DNA of 64,000 nt from Flaccisagitta enflata (Eukaryota): assembly GCA_965153355.1 (NCBI GenBank), contig OZ231126.1:43400001-43464000 (forward strand), in the 5' to 3' direction. Below, piece after piece: positions 1 through 13,020 of this stretch (position 1 is its first letter; every line of letters starts with the position of its first letter). A program made the position numbers and the translations under genes. The notes beneath the pieces were generated by a model, which did not search any database, was not told the DNA's origin, and worked only from the letters and a program-made list of their open reading frames with translations.

Positions 1-51
1 ATTGAAAACTCATATTTTTACCGTTGTCTTTAGGGTCGTGAATGCACCTCC

Positions 52-145
<94 letters not shown>

Positions 146-295
146 AAAGTGCACAAAGAAGAGCATCCTTTAGACGGTTTTTTTTCTGGTGTTAAACACA
201 AACTTTGCAGTGCACTCCTTGCATTCTCAATTCTTGGCATGGTGATGTCAGTGTTGACCTTGCATTGATCCCCAGAGTTACTCAATGGAGAAGAG

Positions 296-379
<84 letters not shown>

Positions 380-829
380 CCTAAAGGGTCATGGTCGAAG
401 ATTGAAGCAAAGATTGAGAAATGACGCGAAGTCGAAGGAAGAAATATTTACTGAACCCTTCCATGGAGGAACCTGGAGAATCTCAAATTTTTCCGCGATA
501 GGACTTTGCTATCATACTAAAATCATCTCAATAGTCACGAGATACATTTGTCCCGCAACTGTCCTCGCACTTTCGTCCAGAGCTTTTCATTGCTCCACTA
601 TATTGTTTTTAAAATATTCTACTATCTCATCGATATGGGCTACCAATCAACGTGCGCACATGAGAGATTATGTCAATCGCTTGTTTAATCAGACTGTCCG
701 TGTTGTCCAATGCCCAATGCAATGGCCTACCCTCCCTCTTGCTAGCTATTTCCTACTGGAATTTTCCAGGAAACCCCAAAGTGATTCCCAGTTAATGGGC
801 GAATCTCTCAACCTTCCCTGTAAAGACTC

Positions 830-904
830 GCCTGTGACGGGAATCGAACTCGTGACCAAAATAGTTACCACCAGCCCGCATGCCACTACTGAGCTAACCC
901 CCCC
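830..904 (-). mobile_element. tRNA-derived SINE head (Pol III A/B boxes)
   Basis: Minus strand GGGGGGT-TAGCTCAGTAG (A box) ... GAGTTCGATTCC (B box) with a T-stem ACGAG/CCCGT. Acceptor and anticodon stems do not pair, so it is not a functional tRNA. 3' extent unresolved. Confidence 0.6.
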
Positions 905-935
905 CCCTCCCCATTAATGGGCACATCGTCATTTC

Positions 936-1312
936 TTTTTAGTCGCGTGCACGCGCCTCTACAACCCGCTTTGTCCGTCCATCCGTCCGTCCGTCCATCC
1001 GTCCGTAGGTCCGTTGGACCATCTGTCAAACTTGTTTTTTTATTTCATAAGTTGTCTTTTTTTATTTTAGGTCATTAGTCATTACAAATCATTTCTAGTC
1101 ATTCTAAGTCATTCTAAGTCATATTAAGTTATACTGAGTCACTTAAGTCAATCAGGTCGATTTAGTCATTTAAGTCATTTTACATCACTTTATGTCTTTT
1201 GAAATCATTTTGAGTCATTTAACGTCATCTTGAGTCATTTACACTTAGAGTCAATAAAAGCCATCTTTAGTTATTTATGTCCCGCACGCGACTTATAAGT
1301 GTTGGCCTTGTT
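936..1312 (+). mobile_element. HINE/DINE-1-like element, family A1, with central AGTCATTCTA-like tandem repeats
   Basis: TTTT-AGTCGCGTGCACGCG head, (GTCC)n tract, degenerate 10-bp repeats, 3' CACGCGACT and CCTTGTT end. Close relative at 32829-33182. Confidence 0.8.
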
Positions 1313-1645
1313 ATTTTTCACGAGATGCACGCAGAGCTCTGCTCGCTCTTGTTTTCCGTTCATCCATCGATAAGCAATCAGACGCGCGAGTTTTCTTCTG
1401 GGTCTCAGATTTTGTTGCAGTCTTTATTTTTTGCTGTCAGACTTCATGTCTGTTGCCTACTACCTCATTCATCATCGTTTACTTGTTTGCGAAAAAAAAA
1501 TAATAAAGCAAGAAATCCGTTGCTTTTTATCAATGCTAATCACTTGAGTTGATGCCTCTGCGTCTAGACAAGGGAACACAGCCAATGTTTTCTCCGTGGT
1601 CATCTCGTTTTTTTCTCTTTTACTGATTCAGCTCATTGACATTTA

Positions 1646-2399
1646 CAGTATGTTTTTTCTGAACTGACACGAATTAAAATCTTATAACTTTGCAATGGAG
1701 CAAGATATTCAAAATCCGAAAAAAGCGCTAGATAGATCTTGGTCTGCAGATTTATTATCTTTAAAGGAATAATCCATCAGTTTAAGAAAGTAGGCCCCCA
1801 CTTTATGTAAATCAAAACGTTCATTTCTCAAATAGTTTAAATTTTCAATAGCATCTCTTAAGTACATTATCTTAAATTCATGCTGAATCTCTATAGATCG
1901 AGCTAAACCTCCAGGAGTGGCCTTAAATAAAAGAAAACTAATCATAGATGCTTATTCTGCCTCATCATTGTGACAGAATTACCAATCTTATGTTCAGAGT
2001 CACAAATCAATCATTTTTTCTCTTAAATGTGCAAAAAGACACAGTTTTTGATTCAAAATGTTCATGATAATTGAGCCACTTGTGTTTTTAACTCACATCG
2101 GAGAAATAAGTCAATTCAATTTGTTCACTACAGCGTCTTGGATCAAAATCAGGATAATAGATACAACATTGTGATAATTTTATAAGAATTTTGCTTATGA
2201 ATTTAGCAATTTTCTTTAAAAACACTGACTTAACTTGTTATTACATGATGGTAACACCATTTCATGATAAACCATATGAAAAGAACATGAAAAATCTGCA
2301 AATCAACATCTTTTTAACATTTTTTTCGGATTTTGAATATCTTGTCTCATCGCAAAGTTATAAGATTTTCATTTGTGTCAGTTCAGAAAAAACATACTG
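1646..2399. mobile_element. Tc1/mariner-type MITE
   Basis: About 80-bp imperfect TIRs CAGTATGTTTTTTCTGAACTGACAC.../...GTGTCAGTTCAGAAAAAACATACTG, with TA on both sides (1644-45, 2400-01). Confidence 0.85.
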
Positions 2400-3634
2400 T
2401 ATAGATTCACGGCTGTACAATACACACGTGCATTATGATTGCACATGCTTGCAAGAATGTAATTCAGTGTTAGCCTACTGACGCACAATGCAATAGACGT
2501 CATACAGTAAACGCCATCTCTTTCCCAGTGAAAACCTCGCAGTCGTCTCCAAAATCGTAATCTCAATGTTATAGTCTGACTTGCCTAAATCGAATCATAA
2601 TTTCACTTCGGAACGACAAGATCAATGTTCTGAAAAAGAGATATATACTGTATATCATAAACAGTAGTATAGTACAGTTTCTAGAGGTATGTGTGATTTA
2701 TCTTCACATTCGCATCTGTAATAACTAATGATCTTTTCAGGAAAACTTACATTCTTAATCAAAACAAACCTGTATCAAAGCATTAAGAGTTACCTAACTG
2801 ACCGAAAAAAATTACTTATATTTTTGTAGAAGACATCATAAAGGCTAATAAGCACAAAACACAAAAGATAACTAGCTCTTTTTGTTTTCTCAGAAATTAA
2901 GAATTTTTATTTCTGTGAAAAATTGTGATGAAACAGTTTAGATACTATAAAGCATTGTTTCAGGGATCAGATGTTTTCTGCAATGACTGATTTACATCTT
3001 CAACTTCCATCCTCACTTTCCTCTTGTACATATACTCACTCTATTTCTAGTTTCTGGTTTGGTATTTCTTTGGCTTTTATCTTTGCCGGCTTCTTCTGCT
3101 TGAAGGATCGAATGTCCTCTATTTTCAGATTATTATCCTGTCAATCTGCTTTTGTTGTTACTCGCCTGTCTGCCTTCTGCCTTCTACTGCCTTCTTCTGC
3201 CTTCTTCTTCCTTGTTTGCTTTCGTGTTTTGTTTTCAGTCTATCGTTACCATGGCAAACCGGGATTTTTTTCTTGATTTTTTTTTCCCGTTGTTTGTTGA
3301 TTCTTTTTCTTTTTTTTTCTTTTGTCTCGACTTCAAACTTGTGCCAAAGCGTGTCTCTCAGAGGTCATGTGCGACGATCACGACGATTTACCTGGCGCAT
3401 GCGCCAGCTTAGTTGACCCTGTTTTGATCCGGGCCATCCGAAGTTTTATTGAATTGTAGCGATTATTAAATTATTGAATTCCAGTGATTGTTACATTATC
3501 ATATTGAGTAATTGTGTGATTACATAATTTTGTAGCTGCGTAATACGGAGCACGCGACTGATAGACTGTTGGGCGTGTTTTTCATACCCCCCAGCTCCAA
3601 ACCACGCCCATTCTCTATCATCCTACCGGACTAT

Positions 3635-3691
<57 letters not shown>

Positions 3692-4181
3692 CTGGATAGA
3701 GATGACTTCCAACGTGATCTTTGGCGATAATTTGCGATCGATGAAGCCATTTTATTGGAGGATTTCTTTTTCTCTCACGACTCAGGTCCACTTATCAACT
3801 TTCTACAACTCAGATATTCTTCATCCGGCGTTTTTTTTTTGCCATCGTTTGCTTGACAAGCTGAGTATCTCTAGTTTTGTGTGAGTCAGTCTCTATCATA
3901 GCTCGATTTCTGTCCGTCAACCTGTCAGCCCACCTGTTTTTGCATTTCTTCGTGGGTGCTTGTTTTGTCTGTTTTTCTGTGTCTGTCACACCGTGTCAGT
4001 TTCCCTGCCGCTGTGTCTCGGTGTTTTTCTCTCTTATCTCTTTCTTTGCGACTTCTTCTCTGTCTCTTTCTCTCATCTTTATCTAAGTCTCTAGTTACGT
4101 TCGTCCTCGTAAGTATATAAAACTGTATATCTACCTCCATATAAAAGATATTTTTTTACCATCTGCCAGTAAGTATATCTC

Positions 4182-4624
4182 TTTTTAGATGCGTCCTCGC
4201 ATCTCTATAAGAGGGTTTGTCCGTCCGTCCGTCCGTCCGTCCGTCGGTCCGTCCGTCCGTCCGTCCGTCCGTCGGTCGGTCCGTCGGTCCGTTACGCCTG
4301 TGCAAAAACCATGTTTTTCGGCTTTTTAGATGCGTCCGTCAGGAACGCATCTCTATAAGAGGGTCGTCTGTCCGCGTCCTCGGTCGGTTCCACGGTCTGT
4401 CCGTCGGTCCTGTCCCATCGTGTTTTACGCTCCTCGGCAAAGGGGTACGCATAAAATATGAGATCCTATACTGAAACAAATGATCAACCAACGTGTTTTG
4501 AGAGCCTCTCCTACTACTCAGTCGTTTCAGCCGTCTGTTCGTCCATCTGTCTCTCCATATATGTCACATGATCAATACACGCAGAGACACAGTCCGGACG
4601 CATCTTTGCCCGGTCGGGCTTGTT
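4182..4624 (+). mobile_element. HINE-like element, family A3 (AGATGCGTC subTIR)
   Basis: TTTTAGATGCGTCCTCGCATCT head, (GTCC)n, 3' GACGCATCT, hairpin GCCCGGTCGGGC and TTGTT end. A second head starts internally at about 4323. Confidence 0.75.
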
Positions 4625-4650
4625 CTGTCTATAAGTCACTCTGTCTATTT

Positions 4651-4707
<57 letters not shown>

Positions 4708-4830
4708 TCTTTTTCATTCTCTTGCTGCCAAGATATCCTCGGCATCGACCATCAAAACGTACCGAACGCATTAACTTTGCCTTCGTGGCGTCGGGAAACA
4801 AGCGCAAATTTATATTGGACGCCTTGAAGA

Positions 4831-5140
4831 TAGTGGTGGTGGTGGTGCTGGTGGTAGTGGTGGTGGTGGTGGTGGTGGTGGTGGTGGTGGTGGTGGTGGT
4901 GGTGGTGGTGGTGGTGGTGGTGGTGGTGGTGGTGGTAGTGGTGGTGGTGGTGGTGATAGTGGTGGTGGTGGTGGCGGTGGTGGTGGTGGTGGTGGTGGTG
5001 GTGGTGGTGGTGGTGGTGGTGGTGGTGGTGGTGGTGGTGGTGGTGGTGGTGGTGGTGGTGGTGGTGGTGATGGTGGTGGTGGTGGTGGTGGTGATAGTGG
5101 TGGTGGTGTGGTGGTGGTGATGGTGGTGGTGGTGGTGGTG
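4831..5140. repeat. (GGT)n microsatellite
   Basis: Direct reading. Explains the poly-Val and poly-Thr ORFs. Confidence 0.95.
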
Positions 5141-5521
5141 GCGGCGGCGTCTTGGCGGCCGCGATGTGCGGTGGAAGAAGAGTCGGGAAGAAATGCCGTC
5201 TAGGGAAAATATCAATGAATGCTTTTAGTTGCTTGCACGATGGTTTTACTCGTTGCCATGCACGTCCAACGTTTAACTCCGGTTTTATGTCTCAGGAATA
5301 TCGAGAGACAAAGGAAGAAAGAGGGAATGAGGAAGAGATAAACATCGAGCGATAAATTCAGGGTTATATTAATAATGGGAATCCGTCGCGTGAAACCTGG
5401 CTTCCGTCTCGAGCCCGCGCGCCTTTGCTCTGCGTGTGCATGCCAAAGTACTTGTATGGGTTTGGAACTGACAAAAAAAAAAATAAACTTGTGCGCCTTG
5501 TTTATTCGCGGGTGAAAATGA

Positions 5522-5780
5522 GGGGGCGTTTCAAGTCAAAGACGATCGCGTTTTGAAAGGGCCACTCAGTCGCTCGCTACGTTCGTTCGCTCGCACCGCT
5601 CACTCCATTCACTCGCTCCGCAGCGCTCCGCTTCGCTACGCTCCCTTCACTCGCTCGCTCCGTTCACGGGCTCGCTCACTCACTTCGCTCACTCCCCCAT
5701 GGGACAGTTGAAATTCTTGAAAATGTGTTCACACTGTTATCGCGTTTCACGGGAACAAACGGCTCACTAGAAACACGCCC
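5522..5780 (+). mobile_element. PIF/Harbinger-like MITE with (CGCT)-rich interior
   Basis: Termini GGGGGCGTTTCAAG/CTAGAAACACGCCC. Homologous inverted copy at 12746-13020. TSD is not preserved here. Confidence 0.6.
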
Positions 5781-5904
5781 TTTGTCTCCATCATTTAACC
5801 CGTTTTGTTTTCATGCGCGATATTGCGTACATACGAGCACTTGATAATACATCATCGATTAAGTTGAGGGCTCTGCCTTAAATAGCGTGAAGAAGTAGAA
5901 GAGA

Positions 5905-6302
5905 TTCTGGCCATTGAGACCCTACTTCTGGCCCCCGAAACCCAGATACGGGCATCCCAGCTTCAGATCCTGGCTGCGGGAACCCAGATCCTAGCCTCCA
6001 AGGTCCAAGACTCAGATCCTAACCTCCAAGATCCAGACTCCGGCTTCCCAAGACCCAGTTCCCGGCCTCCAAGGCCCAGATCCTAGCCTTCAGACCTCGA
6101 TCCTGGATGGAGGGACGGATGAATGGAGGGACGGATAAAAGGGCGGATTGATGGGCGGATGGACAGATGGTCGGATGAACTGAATCTCCCTGTGCAGTGT
6201 TCTAGAGACTTCGACCCCTTCAGGGCCGCTGCCCCCCCTCTCAACTTCAATCTCAAAGAACTAAAGCAGGGCACGAGTGCCGCTGACCATGTACTGCCTC
6301 TG
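5905..6302 (+). mobile_element. Partial HINE family B element
   Basis: Degenerate 21-bp CCCAGATCC repeats, 3' GGGCCGCTGCCC arm and AAGCAGGGCA...GCTGACCAT tail. Confidence 0.6.
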
Positions 6303-6802
6303 CTAATGAAGACTCTCAGCCCAAAATAGGCATTTAATTGCCTCGCTCATCCAAATGCATCATTTACTATCAATTTAACCCTTGTTCATAATAATTGTAA
6401 TGCCCTCGGGGACATCATGCGGAAATTCCGTAATTGATTCGTTCAGAGAACTGGAGCACGTAGCTGTTTATCAAAGCCTACTCAGTTATTTCATTGGGAA
6501 TATTGTCCACATCAACTTTCGCTTCTTTTCCTCGGTGGATGATACCTTTCGTGGGCGGAATTGCCATCCTTAAATGGGTCGATTATTATGTGGAAGCCAT
6601 GCCACTTTCACATCATTCAACTGAATATAAGATATCTATCGACATCGATCTAACAGCGGACGCCATTTCTGCTTTATCACACATATCCACTCTGTCTTGC
6701 CGTCTCTCTCTGTCTCTGGCTGTCGGCTGTCTCTATCTTTCTGTCTGTCCGTCATTCTCTGCCTCTTTCTGTCTATTTCCTCGCTGTCCCTCAGTCTCTG
6801 AC

Positions 6803-6882
<80 letters not shown>

Positions 6883-6961
6883 GATAATCTTACATCTATT
6901 ATGCATTGAATGGAAAAGGCAGTGACGTTGAATCGCCACAGTAAGAGAAAGAGAGAAAGAG

Positions 6962-7290
<329 letters not shown>

Positions 7291-7350
7291 ACGGACAGAC
7301 AAACAGACATACAGAGAGAGCGAGAAACAGAAAATTAAGTGACATACAAA

Positions 7351-7497
7351 AACAAGGCCAATACCAGCTGCGGACGGGTGGGCGGAGGCGGTAATGCGCG
7401 TTTTTACACTTTCCAACTCGATCTCCGACGGAGGGACGGACGGACGGACGGACAGACGGACAAAGCCTATTATAGAGTTGCGTGTCCGCAAATAAAA
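7351..7497 (-). mobile_element. HINE-like element, family A2
   Basis: AACAAGGCC ... (GGAC)n ... TATAGAGTTGCGTGTCCGCAA-TAAAAA on the + strand. Confidence 0.75.
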
Positions 7498-7774
7498 ATA
7501 GATAAACAGTGGCAGAGGCCGACATAGGACACAGACGAATCACACACAGTTAAAAAGCTCAGAGCCTTTTGCGTCCCTTCACACCCATTTTAATAAATTT
7601 TACCCCTAAGAAAATACAGATTCCTACAGGTAGCTCTGTTTTTCCTATTTTTGACCTCTTCGATGCACTTTTGAACCCCATTCTTCGATGGCTCTTTTTT
7701 TTCTGGTCGAGTGCGCATGCGTGCAATCGCGAGTACGACAATCGTGCGTATTGAAAAAAAAACAGAAGAGGAAG

Positions 7775-8140
7775 AATAGTCGCAAAAGCGTTAGATGGTC
7801 AGCGATACCAGTGCCCTGCCTAGGTAGGTTGTAGTTAAAGTTGAAAGGGGAGCAGGGTAGCGGTCCCAAAGGGGTCAATGACCAATTCTTTCACACATAT
7901 GGGGGATCTTTTCTCCCTTCTTCTACTTCTTCTCCATCCCCCTCCCCTGTGCCTCAGATCTTAGCCTCATGGCCCAAATACCAGCTTTGAGGCTCAAACC
8001 CCAGCCTTGAGGCCCAAATCCCAGCCTTGATTTGGGTCTCAAGGCTGGGATTTGTGCCTTAGGGCTAGGATCTGAGTCAAGGGGGGGGAGATATGTGTGA
8101 AAACATAGGTCATCGACCCTTCTGGGCCGCTGCCCAAAAA
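7775..8140 (-). mobile_element. HINE family B element
   Basis: GGG(T/C)AGCGG.CCC/GGGCCGCTGCCC inverted arms, internal CCCAAATCCCAGCC repeats, tail ending CGCTTTTGCGACTATT (minus). Confidence 0.7.
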
Positions 8141-9668
8141 GTGTCGCTGTTGAGGGTCACACACGTCAAAGGGTAACTGAAAACAGAGAGACCCGATTTT
8201 GGGCAGCGGCCTGCGGGACAAGGACGTCATTTGACAATGATGCCATGGCATGAGGCAGTAAAAGTCCATGACGCCGCTCGCTTATATTCGGGTGACACAA
8301 GCTTGAACTTTGGCGTGGAGGGGTCGGACCAGATGTGTGGAAATTTATTCTGGAGTTTTGTAATCATCTGTACAATCATCAATTCACTCATTTCTTTGAG
8401 CAAACATTGCAGAGCCTCGCTTTTCTAGTGACAAGTAAATATAGGTCCGGACGAGTGGGTAGAGGCGCACAACTCCCCTTCCGCCCACTCCCCAAACACA
8501 CTCACAATAGCATCTTAAACACGCGTTTTTACTCTTTTGCACAAAGCCTTAGATAGAGTTGCGTTTCTGCGACTAAAACGAGGAGAGGGTTCTGCAGGCG
8601 ATCCATGACTGACTGCTTTCTCTTTTTCATTCATTCTTTCCTTTTTTTGGCAAACAAAAGTGCCATTTCCAAGGAATTTCTTGGAGAGAAACGTTCGGTT
8701 TGACCCATTTTCCGGCTCCTTAATCGAATCAGAGGCCCGCCGCCGAGAGTCACCGAGAGACGTTTTCTTACTCGCGCAGTCGGCTCAAACCCGTTATTTA
8801 CGACAAAGAATAAGAATGAGTGGCGTTAAAAAAACAACCACACGGTTTCCCCGATTTTTCTCTTTTTTTCCTCCTTCTATTTATGTTGGTCAACTTCACC
8901 ACGACCTCAATTCCTTCATGGTCACCCTAACGCCAAAACGTAACCATCCATTCAATTCTAATTCGTTTGTATTTCAGTTTTCAGCTGAATGTTCCATTGT
9001 TGGATTTACATTTACAAGTCAGACATTCAAAAATTAAAAACAATAACGGCGGAGAAAGAAGTCTCCGCCTTAACTATCATGATAACACGGAGCTCTTTTG
9101 GACGAATAACGATACAGACGGGCTATACTTGAGCGCATGTCAAGGAACTTGGCAAAATAATGCCTAAAGTGAAGCGGCCTTATTGCCAACGAAGATAAAT
9201 CTCTCATGGAACAGAAGGTTGGCATGCCTTATCAGCGGAGGCGCTCTAGCGGTGCTCCACTTGAGGCCGTTGTAATGTAAGTGTTTAAAAAAATGTAAAA
9301 AAGAAATGCGGATACTGGTGATTTAGGCAGTGATGACATTGACGTTTTTGGTTAGTATGAGCGGGGTTAATGATGTTGCAGGTGCCAATAGAGGGGTTGA
9401 CACTCAAGACAACAATCAAACCAGAAAGAAAAAATCCTTGATCTTAACCTGTTTGCTACAAGTTCCACTGCCACACGATTTCATACCAATTAAAGTGATT
9501 CAAGTGACTAACAAATTTTCGGTTCGAAAGCCCGTTTATTCACTCTGTCAGCCCATTAACACATAATTTAGCAATAAGCATTGTACACACACTTTTTCAT
9601 TCTACATACATAACTCTTATTCCAGAAATGGGATCCCCCGTGTATCCAAGTCATAACGCTAGACTTAT

Positions 9669-9965
9669 CCACTGTTGTCTAACCTGAATAGTAAAGACAA
9701 TTCTTGTTGTTCTTCCTTTCCGTTGTTGTCTTACCTGAATAGCAAAGACAATTCTTGTTGTTCTTCATTTCCACTGTTGTCTAACCTGAATAGTAAAGAC
9801 ATTTCCATTGTTGTCTATCCTGAATATCAAAGACAATTCTTGCTGTTCTTCATTTCGATTGCTGTTTTACCTGAATATTAAAGACAATTCTTGTTGCTCT
9901 TCATTTCTACTGTTGTCATACCTGAAAATCGAAGATGATTCTTGTTGTTCTTCATTTCCACTGTT
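9669..9965. repeat. 51-bp minisatellite, about 6 copies
   Basis: Unit CCACTGTTGTCTAACCTGAATAGTAAAGACAATTCTTGTTGTTCTTCATTT starting at 9669, 9720 and 9771. Confidence 0.9.
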
Positions 9966-10087
9966 TTCTCCATTTTCTCTGCTTTGTGACGTTGTTTCTG
10001 ATTCTAACGATTTCCGTCCGTAAGCAAATCGTCTCTGTAAGAAATGAAAAAGTGAAAAAAAAACAACAAATAAACAAATAGCAAATG

Positions 10088-10178
<91 letters not shown>

Positions 10179-10244
10179 ACGTAACGAATTCATTTTCCGT
10201 TTCAGTTGTTTGAGTGATGAACTTCATTTGACCGAGTGAGCAAT

Positions 10245-10311
10245 TTCTTCTTCTTCTTTTTCTTCTTCTTCTTCTTCTTCTTCTTCTTCTTCTTCTTCTT
10301 CTTCTTCTTCT

Positions 10312-10346
<35 letters not shown>

Positions 10347-10668
10347 TTCTTTTTTTTCTTTTTCTTCTTCTTCTCCATCTTCCTCTTGTTTTCATCAAAT
10401 ATCTTCACATGTGTTTTTCTTCTTCTTCTTCTTCTTCTTCTTCTTCTTCTTCTTCTTCTTCTTCTTCTTCTTCTTCTTCTTCTTCTTCTTCTTCCTTCTT
10501 CTTCTTCTTCTTCTTCTTTTTCTTTTTCTTTTTCTTTTTCTTTTTCTTTTTCTTCTTCTTCTTCTTCTTCTTCTTCTTTTCCTTCTTCTTCTTTTTCTTC
10601 ACCTCCATCTTCATCTTCCTCTTGTTTCCATCAAATGTCTTCACATGCCTTCTTCTTCTTCTTCTTTT

Positions 10669-10700
<32 letters not shown>

Positions 10701-10937
10701 TTCTTCTTCTTCTTCTTCTTCGTTTTAATCTTCTTCTTCTTCTTCTTCTTCTTCTTCTTCTTCTTCTTCTTCTTCTTCATCTTCCTTCTTCTTCTTCTTC
10801 TTCTTCTTCTTTTTCCTTTCCTTCTTCTTCTTTTTCTTCACCTCCCTCTTCATCTTCCTCTTGTTTCCATCAAATGTCTTCACATGTCTTCTTCTTCTTC
10901 TTCTTCTTCTTCTTCTTCTTCTTCTTCTTCTTCTTCT

Positions 10938-10996
<59 letters not shown>

Positions 10997-11190
10997 TTCT
11001 TCTTTTTTTTTCTTCTTCTTCTTCTTCTTCTTCTTCTTCTTCTTCTTCTTCTTCTTCTTCTTCTTCTTCTTCTTCTTCTTCTTCTTCTTCTTCTTCTTCT
11101 TCTCCTCCTTCTTCTTCTTCTTTTCCTTTCCTCTTCATCTTCTTCTTCAACTCTCTCTTCATCTTCCTCTTGTTTCCATCACATGTCACA
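10245..11190. repeat. (TTC)n field with a higher-order repeat of about 240 bp
   Basis: Non-SSR motif CATCTTCCTCTTGTTTCCATCA(AATGTCTTC)ACATG recurs near 10376, 10612, 10852 and 11160. Confidence 0.9.
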
Positions 11191-11238
11191 TCTTCCAATT
11201 GCAAATTCATGCGCCTCAAACGTGGGCGTTTTCACCGA

Positions 11239-11426
11239 TTTTTAGTCGCTGGCTAAGCGACTCTATAAGAGGGTGTGTCCCTTGGTAGGTAGGTAGGTCA
11301 CGCGAAAATTTCGGTGATGCGAATCGCGTTTTTTTTTTTTTTTTGCAATACTGCTCCTGCCGAACCACATTATAGCTCCCGCCCACCCGCCAGCGACTGC
11401 TCATTGGCCGTGTATCCGGCCTTGTT
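11239..11426 (+). mobile_element. HINE-like element, AGTCGCTGG subTIR variant
   Basis: Head AGTCGCTGGCTAAGCGACT, 3' CCAGCGACT (11390-98), hairpin GCCGTGTATCCGGC and CTTGTT end. Confidence 0.8.
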
Positions 11427-11553
11427 TTTTTTCTGCGTGCATGTACGCGTATTTCAGCACACGGGCACGTACACGCGTTATCATCGCTCTTCTTTAGTTC
11501 GACGTTTTTGCGTGCATTTGCGCGCGCATCTGTGCCACAGGCGTGTATACTGC

Positions 11554-11880
11554 AACAAGGTCGGATACACGGCCAATACCAGTTGCGGACGGGTGGGCAG
11601 GGGCGAAAATGCGCGTTTTCACACTTTTCGACTCGTGTTCACGGACGGACGGACAGACGGACGGACGGACAGACGGACGGACGGACGGACAGCGGACGAA
11701 CAGACGAACGAACAGACAGGCACAGACGGACAAAGACTCTTATAGAGTTGCGTGTCCCCAACTAACGCGCCATCAACGTGGGTGGACGGAGGGACGGACG
11801 GGCAGACGAACCGACCGACCGACAAACCAAACAACAGACCAAGGTGTAGTCTTATAGAGTTGCGTGTCACAACTAAAAAA
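11554..11880 (-). mobile_element. HINE family A2 element plus a second partial head
   Basis: Full copy 11554-11765. Second head ends at 11880. Both heads are followed by CGCCATCAACGTGGGTGGA. Confidence 0.75.
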
Positions 11881-11919
11881 CGCCATCAACGTGGGTGGAT
11901 TTTTTTACCCATGGTTTCA

Positions 11920-12540
11920 TTTTGGGCAGCGGCCCCGGAGGGGTGGCGACTATGATTTCACCTAGAGCAATTTTCTCCAGTATCCGTTTTCTGTTTGTCC
12001 GTCCGTACATCCCCCCCTCCGCGAAGCCTCAAAACAGGCCTCCCAAACTGCAAATGAAGCCCTTTTGACCCCAAATAAGTCAGGCCTTACAGACCCCAAA
12101 TCAGACCTTTCTGGCCCCAGGTCAGGCCTCTCAGACCCCAAATCAGGCCTCCCAGACCCCAAATCAGGTTTCACAGATTCCAAATCAGGTTTCACAGACT
12201 CCAAATCAGGCCACTCAGACCCAAAATCAAGTCTCTCAGACCCCAAATCAGGCCTCGCAAACCCCAAATCAGACCTTTCAGACCCCAAATTAGACCCCTA
12301 AGACCCAAAATCGGGCCTTTCAGACCCTGAATCAAGCTTCTCAAACCCAAAATCACACCTCGCAGACACTAAATCAGACCTTTCAGACCCAAAATCAGGC
12401 CCTTCAAACCAGCTTCTCAAACCAGAGATAATTGCCCTATGTGGAATCATAGGCCGCTGCCCCTCTCAAAATCTCAAACCCATATACACTTGCCCAGGGG
12501 CATCGGGTACCATTGACCATGTAACGCTTTTGCGACTATT
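11920..12540 (+). mobile_element. HINE family B element with 21-bp central tandem repeats
   Basis: TTTTGGGCAGCGGCCCC head, (CAGACCCCAAATCAGGCCTCT)n, GGCCGCTGCCC arm, tail CGCTTTTGCGACTATT. Confidence 0.75.
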
Positions 12541-12745
12541 ACTTTTTTTTTTGTTCATTCAGATTCAGTGGAACGTTTCCAAGTTAAAGTCGTCTCTGTC
12601 GTAATTGTCACTATCACTATTATCAACACTGTCACTCTTATCACTGGGCGAGGATCCTTGAATTTAATTTGGTCTCCATTTTCGACCATCAGCTTCTCTA
12701 TCATTACTATTGTCACTTACTAATTCATTGTCACTTCCACATTCA

Positions 12746-13020
12746 GGGTGTGTTTCTAGAGACGACCAAAAACGCGTTCATTCTCATTGAACGTGTTCAC
12801 TCTGTGAACACATATTCAAGTATTTCAACTTTCCCATGAGGGAGTGAGCAAAGTGAGTGAGCGAGCCCATGAACGGAGCAAGCAAGCAAAGCGAGCATAG
12901 CGCTGCGGAGCAAGTGAGTGGGGTGAGCGGTGCAAGCGAACAAACATAGCGAGCGAGCGAGCGAGCGAGTGACTGAGTGGCCCATTCAAATCGCGATTGT
13001 CTGTGACTAGAAACGCGCCC
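12746..13020 (-). mobile_element. PIF/Harbinger-like MITE
   Basis: 14-bp imperfect TIR GGGTGTGTTTCTAG/CTAGAAACGCGCCC with a 3-bp TSD TCA (12743-45, 13021-23). Confidence 0.7.

Noticed and set aside
1709-1945. 78-aa minus-strand ORF as a transposase remnant
   Set aside because: It lies in a MITE and overlaps its TIR, with no DDE/D motif recognised.
9669-9965. CRISPR-like repeat/spacer interpretation of this and the 10245-11190 array
   Set aside because: There are no unique spacers, the context is eukaryotic and no cas genes are present.
10236-11288. Long ORFs with poly-F/L/S/K/E/CV/ER/SFIH tracts here and throughout the window
   Set aside because: Microsatellite translations with no coding signal.
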